From Clostridia bacterium (GTDB taxonomy: Bacteria > Bacillota > Clostridia > Oscillospirales > CAG-272), in contig JAFVUB010000014.1 of NCBI GenBank assembly GCA_017502915.1, forward strand, positions 10,777 through 74,776: 64,000 nucleotides of DNA. Direction: 5' to 3'. Within the stretch, counting starts at the first letter, position 1, and each line of letters begins with the position of its first letter. The position numbers and the translations under genes were made by a program. Shown in pieces: positions 1 to 7,943 of this stretch. The notes beneath the pieces were generated by a model that was not told the origin of the DNA, did not search any database, and was given only the letters and a program-made list of their open reading frames with translations.

Positions 1-773
1 TACAAACCGGTTTTTTTCTTTATCTCGTTATCCGAGAGGGAAACGGCTTCTCTTTGGAATTTTGCAAGATACTCAACGTTACCGTCACCTCCCGTTATAG
101 GAGAAACTGTTATGTCGGTCATATAAAGCCCCGATGCTGCGGCACTGTCACGTACGCGAAGTATTGACATAAATCGGTCCTTTTTATTCTTAACGATGCC
201 TCCCTTGCCGATCGCCGCGCGTCCGGCTTCAAACTGAGGCTTGATAAGCGTGACGGCAAGTCCTCCGCTCCTTATAAGATCTGCGAAATTTGGAAGAATA
301 AGCGTTTGCGAGATGAACGAAACGTCCATTACGGCAATGTCAACTCCGTTTGTAACGAGCTCTCTCGAGAGCTGTCTTGCATTATATTTTTCTATGTTGG
401 TTACGCGTTCATCGTTTGCAAGACGGGCATCAAGCTGTCCTTCGCCGGAATCAACGGCAATAACGCTTTTGGCGCCTCTTTGCAAAAGACAATCGGTAAA
501 ACCTCCGGTCGACGCGCCGACGTCTATGGCGTCAAGCCCTGTTACGTCTATATTGAACTGTTCGAGGGCGGCTTCGAGCTTCAAGCCTCCGCGACCGACG
601 AACCGTTCTTTTTGTGTGATGACCACCGAATGCTCGGCGTTTTCGTCTATTTCAAGCGATGGCTTACTTATCATCTCTCCGTCAAGCATGACGGCGCCCG
701 ACTCGATGAGAGCCTTTGCCGCGCTGCGGCTCTTGACGTGACCACTTTTGAAAAGATAAAGATCAACTCTCAT
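1..773 (-). CDS. tlyA: TlyA-family rRNA 2'-O-methyltransferase (S4 domain + FtsJ-like SAM methyltransferase); 3' end runs off the window
   Basis: Absent from the ORF track because it is open to the window edge. Manual translation from ATG at 773 gives MRVDLYLFKSGHVKSRSAAKALIESGAVMLDGE...ERFVGRGGLKLEAALEQFNIDVTGLDAIDVGASTGGFTDCLLQRGAKSVIAVDSGEGQLD. I checked for in-frame stops over nt 3-182 and found none. ATGA overlap with the ispA stop. Classic xseAB-ispA-tlyA order. Confidence 0.8.
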   Translation of the reverse strand, partial: MRVDLYLFKSGHVKSRSAAKALIESGAVMLDGEMISKPSLEIDENAEHSVVITQKERFVGRGGLKLEAALEQFNIDVTGLDAIDVGASTGGFTDCLLQRGAKSVIAVDSGEGQLDARLANDERVTNIEKYNARQLSRELVTNGVDIAVMDVSFISQTLILPNFADLIRSGGLAVTLIKPQFEAGRAAIGKGGIVKNKKDRFMSILRVRDSAAASGLYMTDITVSPITGGDGNVEYLAKFQREAVSLSDNEIKKKTGL

Positions 774-1624
774 TTTTTTCTGTGAAGCAGAAATTCTGCC
801 AGAGAGGCGAGCATTTCGCCGCCCTCATATCTATTTGCAATTGAAATAGCTTCGTTCGTCAGTCTTTCGGCGTATTCGAATGCCGATCTTCTGTCCATAA
901 AGGTCAAAAACGTGGTCTTGTTTTCGTTTTCGCTTCCCTCCTCGTCGTCGAGAAGATCGTCTATTATCTGGAACGTAAGACCTATGCTTTCCGAGTATGC
1001 CATAGCGTCGGCAAAACGAGAGTCGTTTCCTTTAACTCCTGCGGCAAGACAACCTAATGCCGATGCCGCCTTGATAAGCGCTCCGGTCTTGAGCCTTTGA
1101 ATTTTCAAAAGCGTTTCAAAATCGATCTCGTGAGTGTCGCCGTAAAGGTCCAGAACTTGTCCGCCTATCATGCCGAACGTTCCTGCCGCACGTGAAAGAC
1201 AGGAGATACAAGAGAGGCGTGTGTGGGCATCCACCTCAGAGTTGTCGGCGCAAAGCGAGAATGCTCGTGTAAGAAGCGAGTCTCCCGTCAAAAGAGCGTT
1301 GGCTTCGCCGAAGGCGGCGTGGCAGGACGGCTTCCCGCGGCGCATAAGATCGTTATCCATGCAAGGCAGGTCGTCGTGAACCAAGGAATAGCTGTGTATC
1401 AGCTCAACGGCACAGGCAAACGGTATTGCTGCGCTATCATTGCCCCCGAAAAGACGGCAAAAGGCGAGCGTTAGATAAGGTCGTATACGTTTACCGCCCG
1501 ACATGACCGCATATCTTTCCGACTCGGTTATTATCTCAAGACCCTCTTGAGATTCGGAGAGATATTCACTCAGTGCGGCGTCGATAAGCAGTGCCGCGCG
1601 TTCCATGTCCTTCAGAATATCCAT
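770..1624 (-). CDS. ispA: Farnesyl/geranylgeranyl diphosphate synthase (polyprenyl synthetase)
   Basis: 284 aa. Both Asp-rich motifs are visible (LVHDDLPCMDNDLMRRGKPS and FQIIDDLLD). Start abuts the xseB stop. Confidence 0.85.
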   Translation of the reverse strand: MDILKDMERAALLIDAALSEYLSESQEGLEIITESERYAVMSGGKRIRPYLTLAFCRLFGGNDSAAIPFACAVELIHSYSLVHDDLPCMDNDLMRRGKPSCHAAFGEANALLTGDSLLTRAFSLCADNSEVDAHTRLSCISCLSRAAGTFGMIGGQVLDLYGDTHEIDFETLLKIQRLKTGALIKAASALGCLAAGVKGNDSRFADAMAYSESIGLTFQIIDDLLDDEEGSENENKTTFLTFMDRRSAFEYAERLTNEAISIANRYEGGEMLASLAEFLLHRKK

Positions 1625-1851
1625 TAGCTTTTGAACTCGGTTTCGTCCATGCTACCGTCCTTGTTTTGACGGAGCAGCTTTATCTTTTGCTCGGCACTGT
1701 CAAGGCGGCTTGAGCAAACGCGGACGAGAGATATTCCTTTTTCGTAAAGCTTCAGCGCCTCGTCAAGCGGAGTATCACTGCTTTCAAGCTTTTCTATTAT
1801 TTTTTCGAGCTCCGACAGAGCCGTTTCGAATTTTATATTTCTATTATCCAT
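1624..1851 (-). CDS. xseB: Exodeoxyribonuclease VII small subunit
   Basis: 75 aa helical protein (FETALSELEKIIEKLESSDTPLDEALKLYEKGISLV). Overlaps the xseA 3' end by 8 nt. Confidence 0.85.
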   Translation of the reverse strand: MDNRNIKFETALSELEKIIEKLESSDTPLDEALKLYEKGISLVRVCSSRLDSAEQKIKLLRQNKDGSMDETEFKS

Positions 1852-3064
1852 CGTAAACCTCTTTTCTGACTATCTCGGCAACGGCGTGACCGTCCGACAA
1901 ACGGACGTAAATTTCCTGACCGATATCGAGATCGGCTACTGATTTGACTATTTTCCCTTTAGTATCGGTAACTGCTCCGTACCCGCGAGACAGAATTGCG
2001 AGCGGATCAAGCGCACTCAACGACGCCGCAACCTCGCGAAGATCAGCGCGTTTGGCTGAGCTTTTGGCTTCTATAGCTCGGTCAAGGGCGTCAAGCGTGC
2101 GGTCAAGTCTAACGAGGCGTTCGTTCAAGATCGTATCGGGATCTGATAACGCTCTTGATCCTGCGATCAGCTCAAGCTGACGGCGGCTTTGGGAAATACG
2201 GTTCATGAGCTGCGCCGCATAGCGATCGGTCAAGGACGAAATCTTATAACGAAGCTCGGACGTATCGGGTACGGCAAGCTCGGCGGCGGCAGACGGAGTG
2301 GGAGCGCGGCGGTCGGCGACGAAATCACAAATCGTGAAATCGGTTTCGTGACCAACCGCAGATATAACGGGAACTCGGCAGGCAGATATAGCGCGAGCGA
2401 GCTGCTCGTTGTTAAACGCCCAAAGGTCTTCAAGAGAGCCTCCTCCGCGTCCGATTATTACAACGTCAACGCTGCGTGTATTGCTGAAATAGTTAATTCC
2501 CGAAATAAGCTGAGGAACGGCTTCGCTTCCCTGCACGGCGGAGGGATATATGACCAGCTCTGCCGACGGGTAGCGTCTTCCGGCTACGTTTATCATATCC
2601 TTTACTGCAGCACCGCTGGGCGAGGTCACGATACCTACTCTTGACGGAAATGCGGGTAAAGGCTGCTTGTACGACTCGTCGAAGAGCCCCTCTTCGGCAA
2701 GCTTTGCTTTCAATTGCTCAAAGGCTAAATACAGAGCGCCAACACCGTCGGGATCAATGCTTTCGGCATAAAGCTGATACTGACCGTCTCGAGGATATAC
2801 CGACACGTTGCCGCATATCACGACCTTCATGCCGTTTTCAGGGCGGAATTTAAGCCTTGCGGCGTGACCGCGGAACATTACTGCCCGAATAAGGCTATCC
2901 TCGTCCTTTAAGGTGAAGTACATATGCCCCGACGAATATTCCTTGAAGTTCGATATTTCACCGCGGACGTATATCCGATGCAGAGTCGGTTGACTGTCCA
3001 ACAGCATTTTGATATATTCATTTAACTGTGAAACGGTTACCGTTGTGCTCTGTTCGGTTCTCAT
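1844..3064 (-). CDS. xseA: Exodeoxyribonuclease VII large subunit
   Basis: 406 aa. N-terminal OB fold (VSQLNEYIKMLLD...VRGEISNFKEYSSGHMYFTLKDE) and catalytic region GRGGGSLEDLWAFN. Confidence 0.9.
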   Translation of the reverse strand: MRTEQSTTVTVSQLNEYIKMLLDSQPTLHRIYVRGEISNFKEYSSGHMYFTLKDEDSLIRAVMFRGHAARLKFRPENGMKVVICGNVSVYPRDGQYQLYAESIDPDGVGALYLAFEQLKAKLAEEGLFDESYKQPLPAFPSRVGIVTSPSGAAVKDMINVAGRRYPSAELVIYPSAVQGSEAVPQLISGINYFSNTRSVDVVIIGRGGGSLEDLWAFNNEQLARAISACRVPVISAVGHETDFTICDFVADRRAPTPSAAAELAVPDTSELRYKISSLTDRYAAQLMNRISQSRRQLELIAGSRALSDPDTILNERLVRLDRTLDALDRAIEAKSSAKRADLREVAASLSALDPLAILSRGYGAVTDTKGKIVKSVADLDIGQEIYVRLSDGHAVAEIVRKEVYDG

Positions 3065-3067
3065 AGA

Positions 3068-4009
3068 TTATCTTTCGTTTAAATGTTTTTTTCGGCAAAG
3101 CAGAGCGATTCCGGCGGCGTTGTCTGCCGAAAGCTCAGGTCTTGCGAAGTATACTCCTTGTTCTTCAAGGCGCAATCTGATATAGTTACTGCTCATAACG
3201 CCACCGGCGTAAATGACGGGTATCTTGGGATAAAGCTCTCGAAGATTGTCGGTCAGCTTTTTTATGGTCTTGGCAACGTATTCAAACACGAAGGCGCTGA
3301 CGATACGGGTGTCCTGCGTTTCTTGCCAAAGCTTTGAGGCAAGATTTTCAGCTCCAGAAAGATTGCAGGAAAGCCCCTTGACCGATATTTTGATCGGAGG
3401 AAGCTTTGCTCGATTTTCGTCAGCGAGACGGTCCATTGCAGCCCCACAAGGAAATTTCATCCCCATCATAACTCCGGCGCGGTCTATCGACTGCCCGGCG
3501 TTGAGATCCTCGGTTCCTCCTATGAGCTCGACTGAAAATCCGTCGTCCTGTCTTTTGACGTACAGGATCTCGGTTGTTCCACCCGAAACGTGGAAGGCGG
3601 CGAAGTCTCCCTCAAGATCTGCGCCCGAGGAATGGTATGCCGCCTCAACGTGGCCGTCTTGATGCGAAAACTCATATATCGGCAGAGCTCTCGCGGCAGC
3701 AAAGCTATGCGCGGCGACCTCACCGGACAGAAAGCAAGGCATATACGAGCCTTCAACGCTTCTCGGTCGACTTGAAACTCCGACGGCGACCGGCTCGTAT
3801 TCTGAAAGTATTTCCTTTAGCTCGTCGCAAAGCTCGGGGAGATTCTTTACGTGGGCAAAAACGGCATCGCTTTGTCTCAGCCCTCTTGCTCCCGGTGCCA
3901 CCGGCAAAGGCGCTTTGAGGTTTGCAATTATCTCACCCTCGTAATTTACAACGGCAACTGATGTGGTATAATTACTTGTATCAAAGCCGACGAAGCAGCG
4001 TCTTTCCAT
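3068..4009 (-). CDS. TsaD/Kae1-like (Peptidase M22, ASKHA fold) family protein
   Basis: 313 aa with motifs GFDTSNYTTSVAVV, SHQDGHVEAA (HxxxH), HVSGGTTE and C-terminal SADNAAGIAL. Start codon shares 1 nt with the nusB stop codon. Confidence 0.6.
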   Translation of the reverse strand: MERRCFVGFDTSNYTTSVAVVNYEGEIIANLKAPLPVAPGARGLRQSDAVFAHVKNLPELCDELKEILSEYEPVAVGVSSRPRSVEGSYMPCFLSGEVAAHSFAAARALPIYEFSHQDGHVEAAYHSSGADLEGDFAAFHVSGGTTEILYVKRQDDGFSVELIGGTEDLNAGQSIDRAGVMMGMKFPCGAAMDRLADENRAKLPPIKISVKGLSCNLSGAENLASKLWQETQDTRIVSAFVFEYVAKTIKKLTDNLRELYPKIPVIYAGGVMSSNYIRLRLEEQGVYFARPELSADNAAGIALLCRKKHLNER

Positions 4010-4419
4010 TATTCCTTTGCCTCAGGGAGAGCGTTCTTTACAGCATTCAGAACGCCGTTGACAAAGGGTCGGGCCTTTTCATCGTCAAAGCTCTTACAAA
4101 GCTCGATAGCTTCGTTGATCGAAACACGTGCCGGGATGTCGTTAAGGAAGAGCATCTCATAAACGGCTATGCGCAGAACAGTTCTCGATACGCGGGAGAT
4201 ACGGTCGAGCTTCCAGCCGTGAGAGTGCTTACTTATCGTCTCGTCGATCAGATCAAGATTCTCAAGAACTCCGAAGAAGACTCCGCGAACGTAGGTGTCG
4301 TTGTCCAGCTCACGGTTGTCAGACGATATTTCGTAAATATCAAACGGCTTTTCGTCAGATCGGAATCCGCTTTCAAACAAAAGCTCAAATACTGCCTTAC
4401 GCGCTTCTTTTCTTGTCAT
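4009..4419 (-). CDS. nusB: Transcription antitermination factor NusB
   Basis: 136 aa (MTRKEARKAVFELLFE...RTVLRIAVYEMLF...PARVSINEAIELCK). Confidence 0.85.
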   Translation of the reverse strand: MTRKEARKAVFELLFESGFRSDEKPFDIYEISSDNRELDNDTYVRGVFFGVLENLDLIDETISKHSHGWKLDRISRVSRTVLRIAVYEMLFLNDIPARVSINEAIELCKSFDDEKARPFVNGVLNAVKNALPEAKE

Positions 4420-4473
4420 TTTGTTTCCTTTCGGTCAGTTCAGGACACTAACCCTATTATATATATCCTTAAT

Positions 4474-4501
4474 ATTATACAACATATTTGCCGAATGTCA
4501 A
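4474..4501 (-). promoter_or_regulatory. Sigma-A-type promoter candidate for the nusB operon (TTGACA-16-TATAAT)
   Basis: Minus strand reads cTTGACAttcggcaaatatgttgTATAATatt. The -10 lies about 55 nt upstream of the nusB ATG. Confidence 0.6.
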
Positions 4502-4508
4502 GAAAAAA

Positions 4509-4534
4509 ATGAATATTTGCATGTAAATATTCAT
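4509..4534. promoter_or_regulatory. Perfect 10-bp inverted repeat (ATGAATATTT-N6-AAATATTCAT); operator candidate between divergent promoters
   Basis: Arms at 4509-4518 and 4525-4534 are exact reverse complements. The repeat lies between the two -35 boxes (4496-4501 minus, 4549-4554 plus). Confidence 0.35.
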
Positions 4535-4548
4535 TTACAAATTACTTA

Positions 4549-4577
4549 TTGCAATTTTTTTTGAAATGTGTTATATT
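4549..4577 (+). promoter_or_regulatory. Sigma-A-type promoter candidate (TTGCAA-17-TATATT, TGn extended -10)
   Basis: ttgcaa at 4549-4554, 17-nt spacer ending in TGT, tatatt at 4572-4577. The RBS and ATG at 4605 follow. Confidence 0.55.
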
Positions 4578-4604
4578 ATAGGCATCAAAAAATCGGAGTT
4601 TTTT

Positions 4605-5075
4605 ATGAAAAAGGGATTTTGGACCAAGGTTTTCGAAGATACGTGCCTTTATTTCACCGTTGCTTCTGCCGTTATATTCGTTATCTGCTTGATGATGACT
4701 CGATCGACGGTATACGGACAGCTTTTCTCGGCTTTTCGCATGCTTATGTTGCTTGGCTTTTGCTTTGTTTCGGCTATTGCAAATCGCTCGCTCGCCTCTG
4801 AAAAAACAAATGAATTTACTAAGCTTTTGATCCACGCCACACTGACTTTTTCGGGCTTTTTCCTGCTTATATACAAGCCGCTGATCGATGACAATATCTA
4901 CCAAGCAGAGCTTGCTTCAGGCAGCTACGTCGCCCCGAACGTATTCGTGGTTTTCGGCATCGTGGCGGTGGTTTATTCGCTGATATACGGTATCTCCTTT
5001 TCGATCAGATCAAAGGAAAAGAAGACCAAAAATAAAAATTCCGAGTATAAATCGGTGTATAAATCCTCAAAATAA
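4605..5075 (+). CDS. Hypothetical polytopic membrane protein
   Basis: The track ORF 4566-5075 would start inside the promoter. ATG at 4605 (MKKGFWTKVF) has an upstream cggag RBS. Several hydrophobic segments and a Lys-rich tail. Confidence 0.6.
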   Translation: MKKGFWTKVFEDTCLYFTVASAVIFVICLMMTRSTVYGQLFSAFRMLMLLGFCFVSAIANRSLASEKTNEFTKLLIHATLTFSGFFLLIYKPLIDDNIYQAELASGSYVAPNVFVVFGIVAVVYSLIYGISFSIRSKEKKTKNKNSEYKSVYKSSK

Positions 5076-5085
5076 TAACAACGTT

Positions 5086-5118
5086 GCCGCGCAATTTCGG
5101 TTGCGCGGCTTTTTCTTT
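5086..5118 (+). terminator. Intrinsic terminator
   Basis: gccgcgcaa-tttcgg-ttgcgcggc hairpin followed by tttttcttt. Confidence 0.7.
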
Positions 5119-5128
5119 GAGGATATTT

Positions 5129-5848
5129 ATGTTAAAAAGGCTTTTTGTGTGCTTTTTTCTTGCGAGCGCTTTTCTGTGCGGTTGTGCGTCGCCTGTTTCG
5201 TCGGTCGAAGCAACGACCGATACCACTGTCAAATCCACGACTTTCCCGGCACCCTTTTCGCTGGAAGATGCCGTGTTTCTCGGGGATTCAAACATCGCGC
5301 ATCTTTCGAGCTACGGTCTTTTGCCCGAAGAGCAGATCTGGACGGGAAGTCAACGGTATCTGACGCTTGAGCCCGACGTTTGTCACAAATATATTGTCTA
5401 TCCCGACACCGGGACGGAAATGACGGTCTGCGATGCCGTTTCTTTGAAAAAACCGAAATTTTTGGTTATAACCTTAGGTACTGACGGAGCGTTGGGACTT
5501 GATCGCGAAGGTGTTCGTCTGTCTTATGTTTCACTCATAGAGTCAATACGAAACGCGTCTTCAGACACAAAAATTCTTATCCAGTCGATCTTTCCGATAA
5601 GACCTGCTATTCTTAACGGGCGGTTTGATAGCGTTGATGCAGTCAACCAAAAGTTTGATCTGGTAAATCTATGGCTTGCCGAGATAGCCGATGAATATGG
5701 TATCGTTTATCTTGACACTCGATCGGTTTTGACAGATAAGCACGGTATGCTTCGCGAGGAATACAACACGGACCATCTTGACGGATACCACCTTAACCGT
5801 GCAGGACTTGAAGCCGTGCTTGAATATATTTTAGAAAATGCAAAGTGA
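5129..5848 (+). CDS. SGNH/GDSL-family hydrolase lipoprotein
   Basis: ATG at 5129 follows a GAGGA RBS (the track start 5084 is a TTG inside the terminator). Lipobox LASAFLCGC. Block I is FLGDSNIAH and block V is DHLDGYHLN. Confidence 0.75.
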   Translation: MLKRLFVCFFLASAFLCGCASPVSSVEATTDTTVKSTTFPAPFSLEDAVFLGDSNIAHLSSYGLLPEEQIWTGSQRYLTLEPDVCHKYIVYPDTGTEMTVCDAVSLKKPKFLVITLGTDGALGLDREGVRLSYVSLIESIRNASSDTKILIQSIFPIRPAILNGRFDSVDAVNQKFDLVNLWLAEIADEYGIVYLDTRSVLTDKHGMLREEYNTDHLDGYHLNRAGLEAVLEYILENAK

Positions 5849-5855
5849 GAAAAAG

Positions 5856-6338
5856 ATGAAAAACATGACGATGTTGTTTGCTGTTTTGATCCTGATATGC
5901 CTGAGCGCCGTTTCTTGCTCCACCCCTAAAGCAACCGACAAAAGCGCCGCCGCGTTGATGGAGGCGACAGTTGGCGCAGTGCCGCTTGACGCGGGATATT
6001 ACGCGGTGTCTGATGCTTATTTTAATTATTATTTTGCATCTGATGGCGTTCTCGAATGGTCGGTCGTAAGATCGAAGAGTCAGTCGTCGGAAAACGAGAT
6101 CGGAATTGTTATTGCTGAGCCCGGTCGTGTTGGCGAGGTCGAAAGGTCTTGCCGTGAATATCTTGAGGAGCAAAGAAGAGCGTATCTTGAAGCCAAGGCG
6201 GCGTATACTCCCGAGGAATACGAAAAATACCGTGATGCCGAGGTCTTGGTGTATGGAAACTGTGTCGTGTATTTTATTCTCGGCACTGAGGAGCGAGCTG
6301 CGGCAATTTCTGCCGTTGAATCCTGCCTGTCGAATTAA
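5856..6338 (+). CDS. DUF4358-like lipoprotein
   Basis: Signal peptide plus lipobox (MKNMTMLFAVLILICLSAVSCS). The start could instead be 5838 or 5865. Family assignment is recalled from memory. Confidence 0.6.
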   Translation: MKNMTMLFAVLILICLSAVSCSTPKATDKSAAALMEATVGAVPLDAGYYAVSDAYFNYYFASDGVLEWSVVRSKSQSSENEIGIVIAEPGRVGEVERSCREYLEEQRRAYLEAKAAYTPEEYEKYRDAEVLVYGNCVVYFILGTEERAAAISAVESCLSN

Positions 6339-6443
6339 ATGCTGGTCTACAAAGCAGAAATTACAATAATTCAAACGATTCTTTCGTGTCAAACTAATTA
6401 AGCAAACCGACACTCTGTCGGCTTGCCGAAAGGAGAGACTGAC

Positions 6444-7226
6444 ATGAAAAGGTTTTTGATTGCGGTGCTTTGTGCCGCTTTATTGATCCCCTGCTTTGCG
6501 CTCTCGGTCTTTGCCGAAAGCGGCGTTCACAACTGGTATTGTGTTCGGCGAGCGGGAAACCTTCAGCCGAGCTGCGAGCCGGCTATGAGCTTTATTGAAA
6601 AATACGGTGGGTACTATATAGATCACAGTCACGGTGACAATTCCGCCGAAAAGGTGGTCTATCTCACCTTTGACGCCGGATATGAAAACGGAAATATTTC
6701 GAAAATTCTCAATACCTTGAAAAGCGAAGGAGTTACGGCTGCCTTTTTCGTTCTTTCCCATTTGATAGAAAGCCAGACCGAGTTGATCAGCAGAATGGCT
6801 GACGAAGGGCATCTTGTTTGTAATCATACCGCAAGTCACAAGGATATGAGCGCCGTTCACAGTAAGGAAGCGTTTGCCGCGGAGCTTTCGGCATTGGAAA
6901 AGGTATACTTCGAAAAGACGGGTAAAACGCTTGCAAAATATTACCGACCGCCCTGCGGTCGCTTCAGCGAGGAAAATCTGAAATTTGCATACGAGTTAGG
7001 ATATAAGACTATCTTTTGGAGCTTTGCTTACGCCGACTGGGATAACGATCATCAGATGTCTCCTGCCGCTGCCGAGAAAAAGATACTCGACAACGTTCAC
7101 AACGGCGCGATACTGCTCTTGCATCCCACCTCGGCAACCAACGCGGCAATACTCGGCAGTGTTATTCGAATTTTGCGCGCAAAGGGATACCGATTTGGAA
7201 CGCTTGACGAGCTGACGAAGAGATGA
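6444..7226 (+). CDS. Polysaccharide deacetylase, PdaA-like (delta-lactam-biosynthetic de-N-acetylase type)
   Basis: ATG at 6444 after an AAAGGAGAG RBS. Signal peptide. NodB motifs YLTFDAGYENG and CNHTASH. Confidence 0.75.
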   Translation: MKRFLIAVLCAALLIPCFALSVFAESGVHNWYCVRRAGNLQPSCEPAMSFIEKYGGYYIDHSHGDNSAEKVVYLTFDAGYENGNISKILNTLKSEGVTAAFFVLSHLIESQTELISRMADEGHLVCNHTASHKDMSAVHSKEAFAAELSALEKVYFEKTGKTLAKYYRPPCGRFSEENLKFAYELGYKTIFWSFAYADWDNDHQMSPAAAEKKILDNVHNGAILLLHPTSATNAAILGSVIRILRAKGYRFGTLDELTKR

Positions 7227-7903
7227 AGAGGATCATTTGCGCCCTGCTCTGCTTGGCGATGTTGCCTATTCTTCCGATTTGCGGAGAAGGTGCCGTTAAG
7301 GTTTACGGAGGACAGGATAATTCTCAAATGAAGATCGCCTTGAGCTTTGACGACGGTCCTCATCCGAGAAACACCGAACGGATACTTGATATTTTAGCCG
7401 AATATAGCATTAAAGCAACCTTTTTCGTAGTGGGAGAGAACGTTGAATATTACTCTGCCGCCGCGATCCGTGCCGTACGCGAGGGACACGAGATCGGGAA
7501 CCACACCTATACTCACCCTCATATTGCAAAGCTTGACCGTGTCTCGCTTGACCTTGAGGTGGCGAAATGTCAAGAGACCGTCAAGAGGGTTCTCGGTTAC
7601 GATATGCGTTTGTTTAGACCGCCCGAGGGTGTGGTTGACGATGCCGTAAAGGTTATGGCAGGAGAGCAAGACTACTCGGTTATCCTTTGGCGGATAGACA
7701 CGCGCGACTGGGCGGGAACGTCAAGCTCAGATATTTGCGCTAACGTTTCGAGAAACATCAAATCCGGAGATATTATTTTGATGCACGATTATTTTTCAAA
7801 GGGCTGTCACACTGTTGAGGCGCTTGAAAAAATGATCCCTATGCTGCTTGAGCGAGGATATAACTTCGTCACGGTTGGCGAGCTTATAGGAATAGAAAAA
7901 TGA
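7223..7903 (+). CDS. Polysaccharide deacetylase (NodB homology domain), secreted
   Basis: ATGA overlap with the upstream gene. Motifs LSFDDGPHP and GNHTYTHPH. Confidence 0.8.
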   Translation: MKRIICALLCLAMLPILPICGEGAVKVYGGQDNSQMKIALSFDDGPHPRNTERILDILAEYSIKATFFVVGENVEYYSAAAIRAVREGHEIGNHTYTHPHIAKLDRVSLDLEVAKCQETVKRVLGYDMRLFRPPEGVVDDAVKVMAGEQDYSVILWRIDTRDWAGTSSSDICANVSRNIKSGDIILMHDYFSKGCHTVEALEKMIPMLLERGYNFVTVGELIGIEK

Positions 7904-7934
7904 CAAAACCGGCGAGTTTTCTCGTCGGTTTTGC
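7904..7934. terminator. Intrinsic terminator between convergent genes
   Basis: caaaaccggcgag-tttt-ctcgtcggtttt hairpin with flanking A and T runs. Confidence 0.65.
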
Positions 7935-7943
7935 AATTAAAAA

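Noticed and set aside
241-785. Two plus-strand ORFs (166 and 159 aa) given by the track at the left edge.
   Set aside because: The minus strand here encodes a clear TlyA-family methyltransferase (S4 domain plus SAM motif), which the track does not list because it runs off the window. The plus-strand ORFs start with non-ATG codons and have no motifs.
5793-6413. A 206-aa minus-strand ORF overlapping the DUF4358-like lipoprotein gene.
   Set aside because: The plus-strand gene has a signal peptide, a lipobox and a sensible operon context. The minus ORF is Arg/Leu-rich with no start signals.
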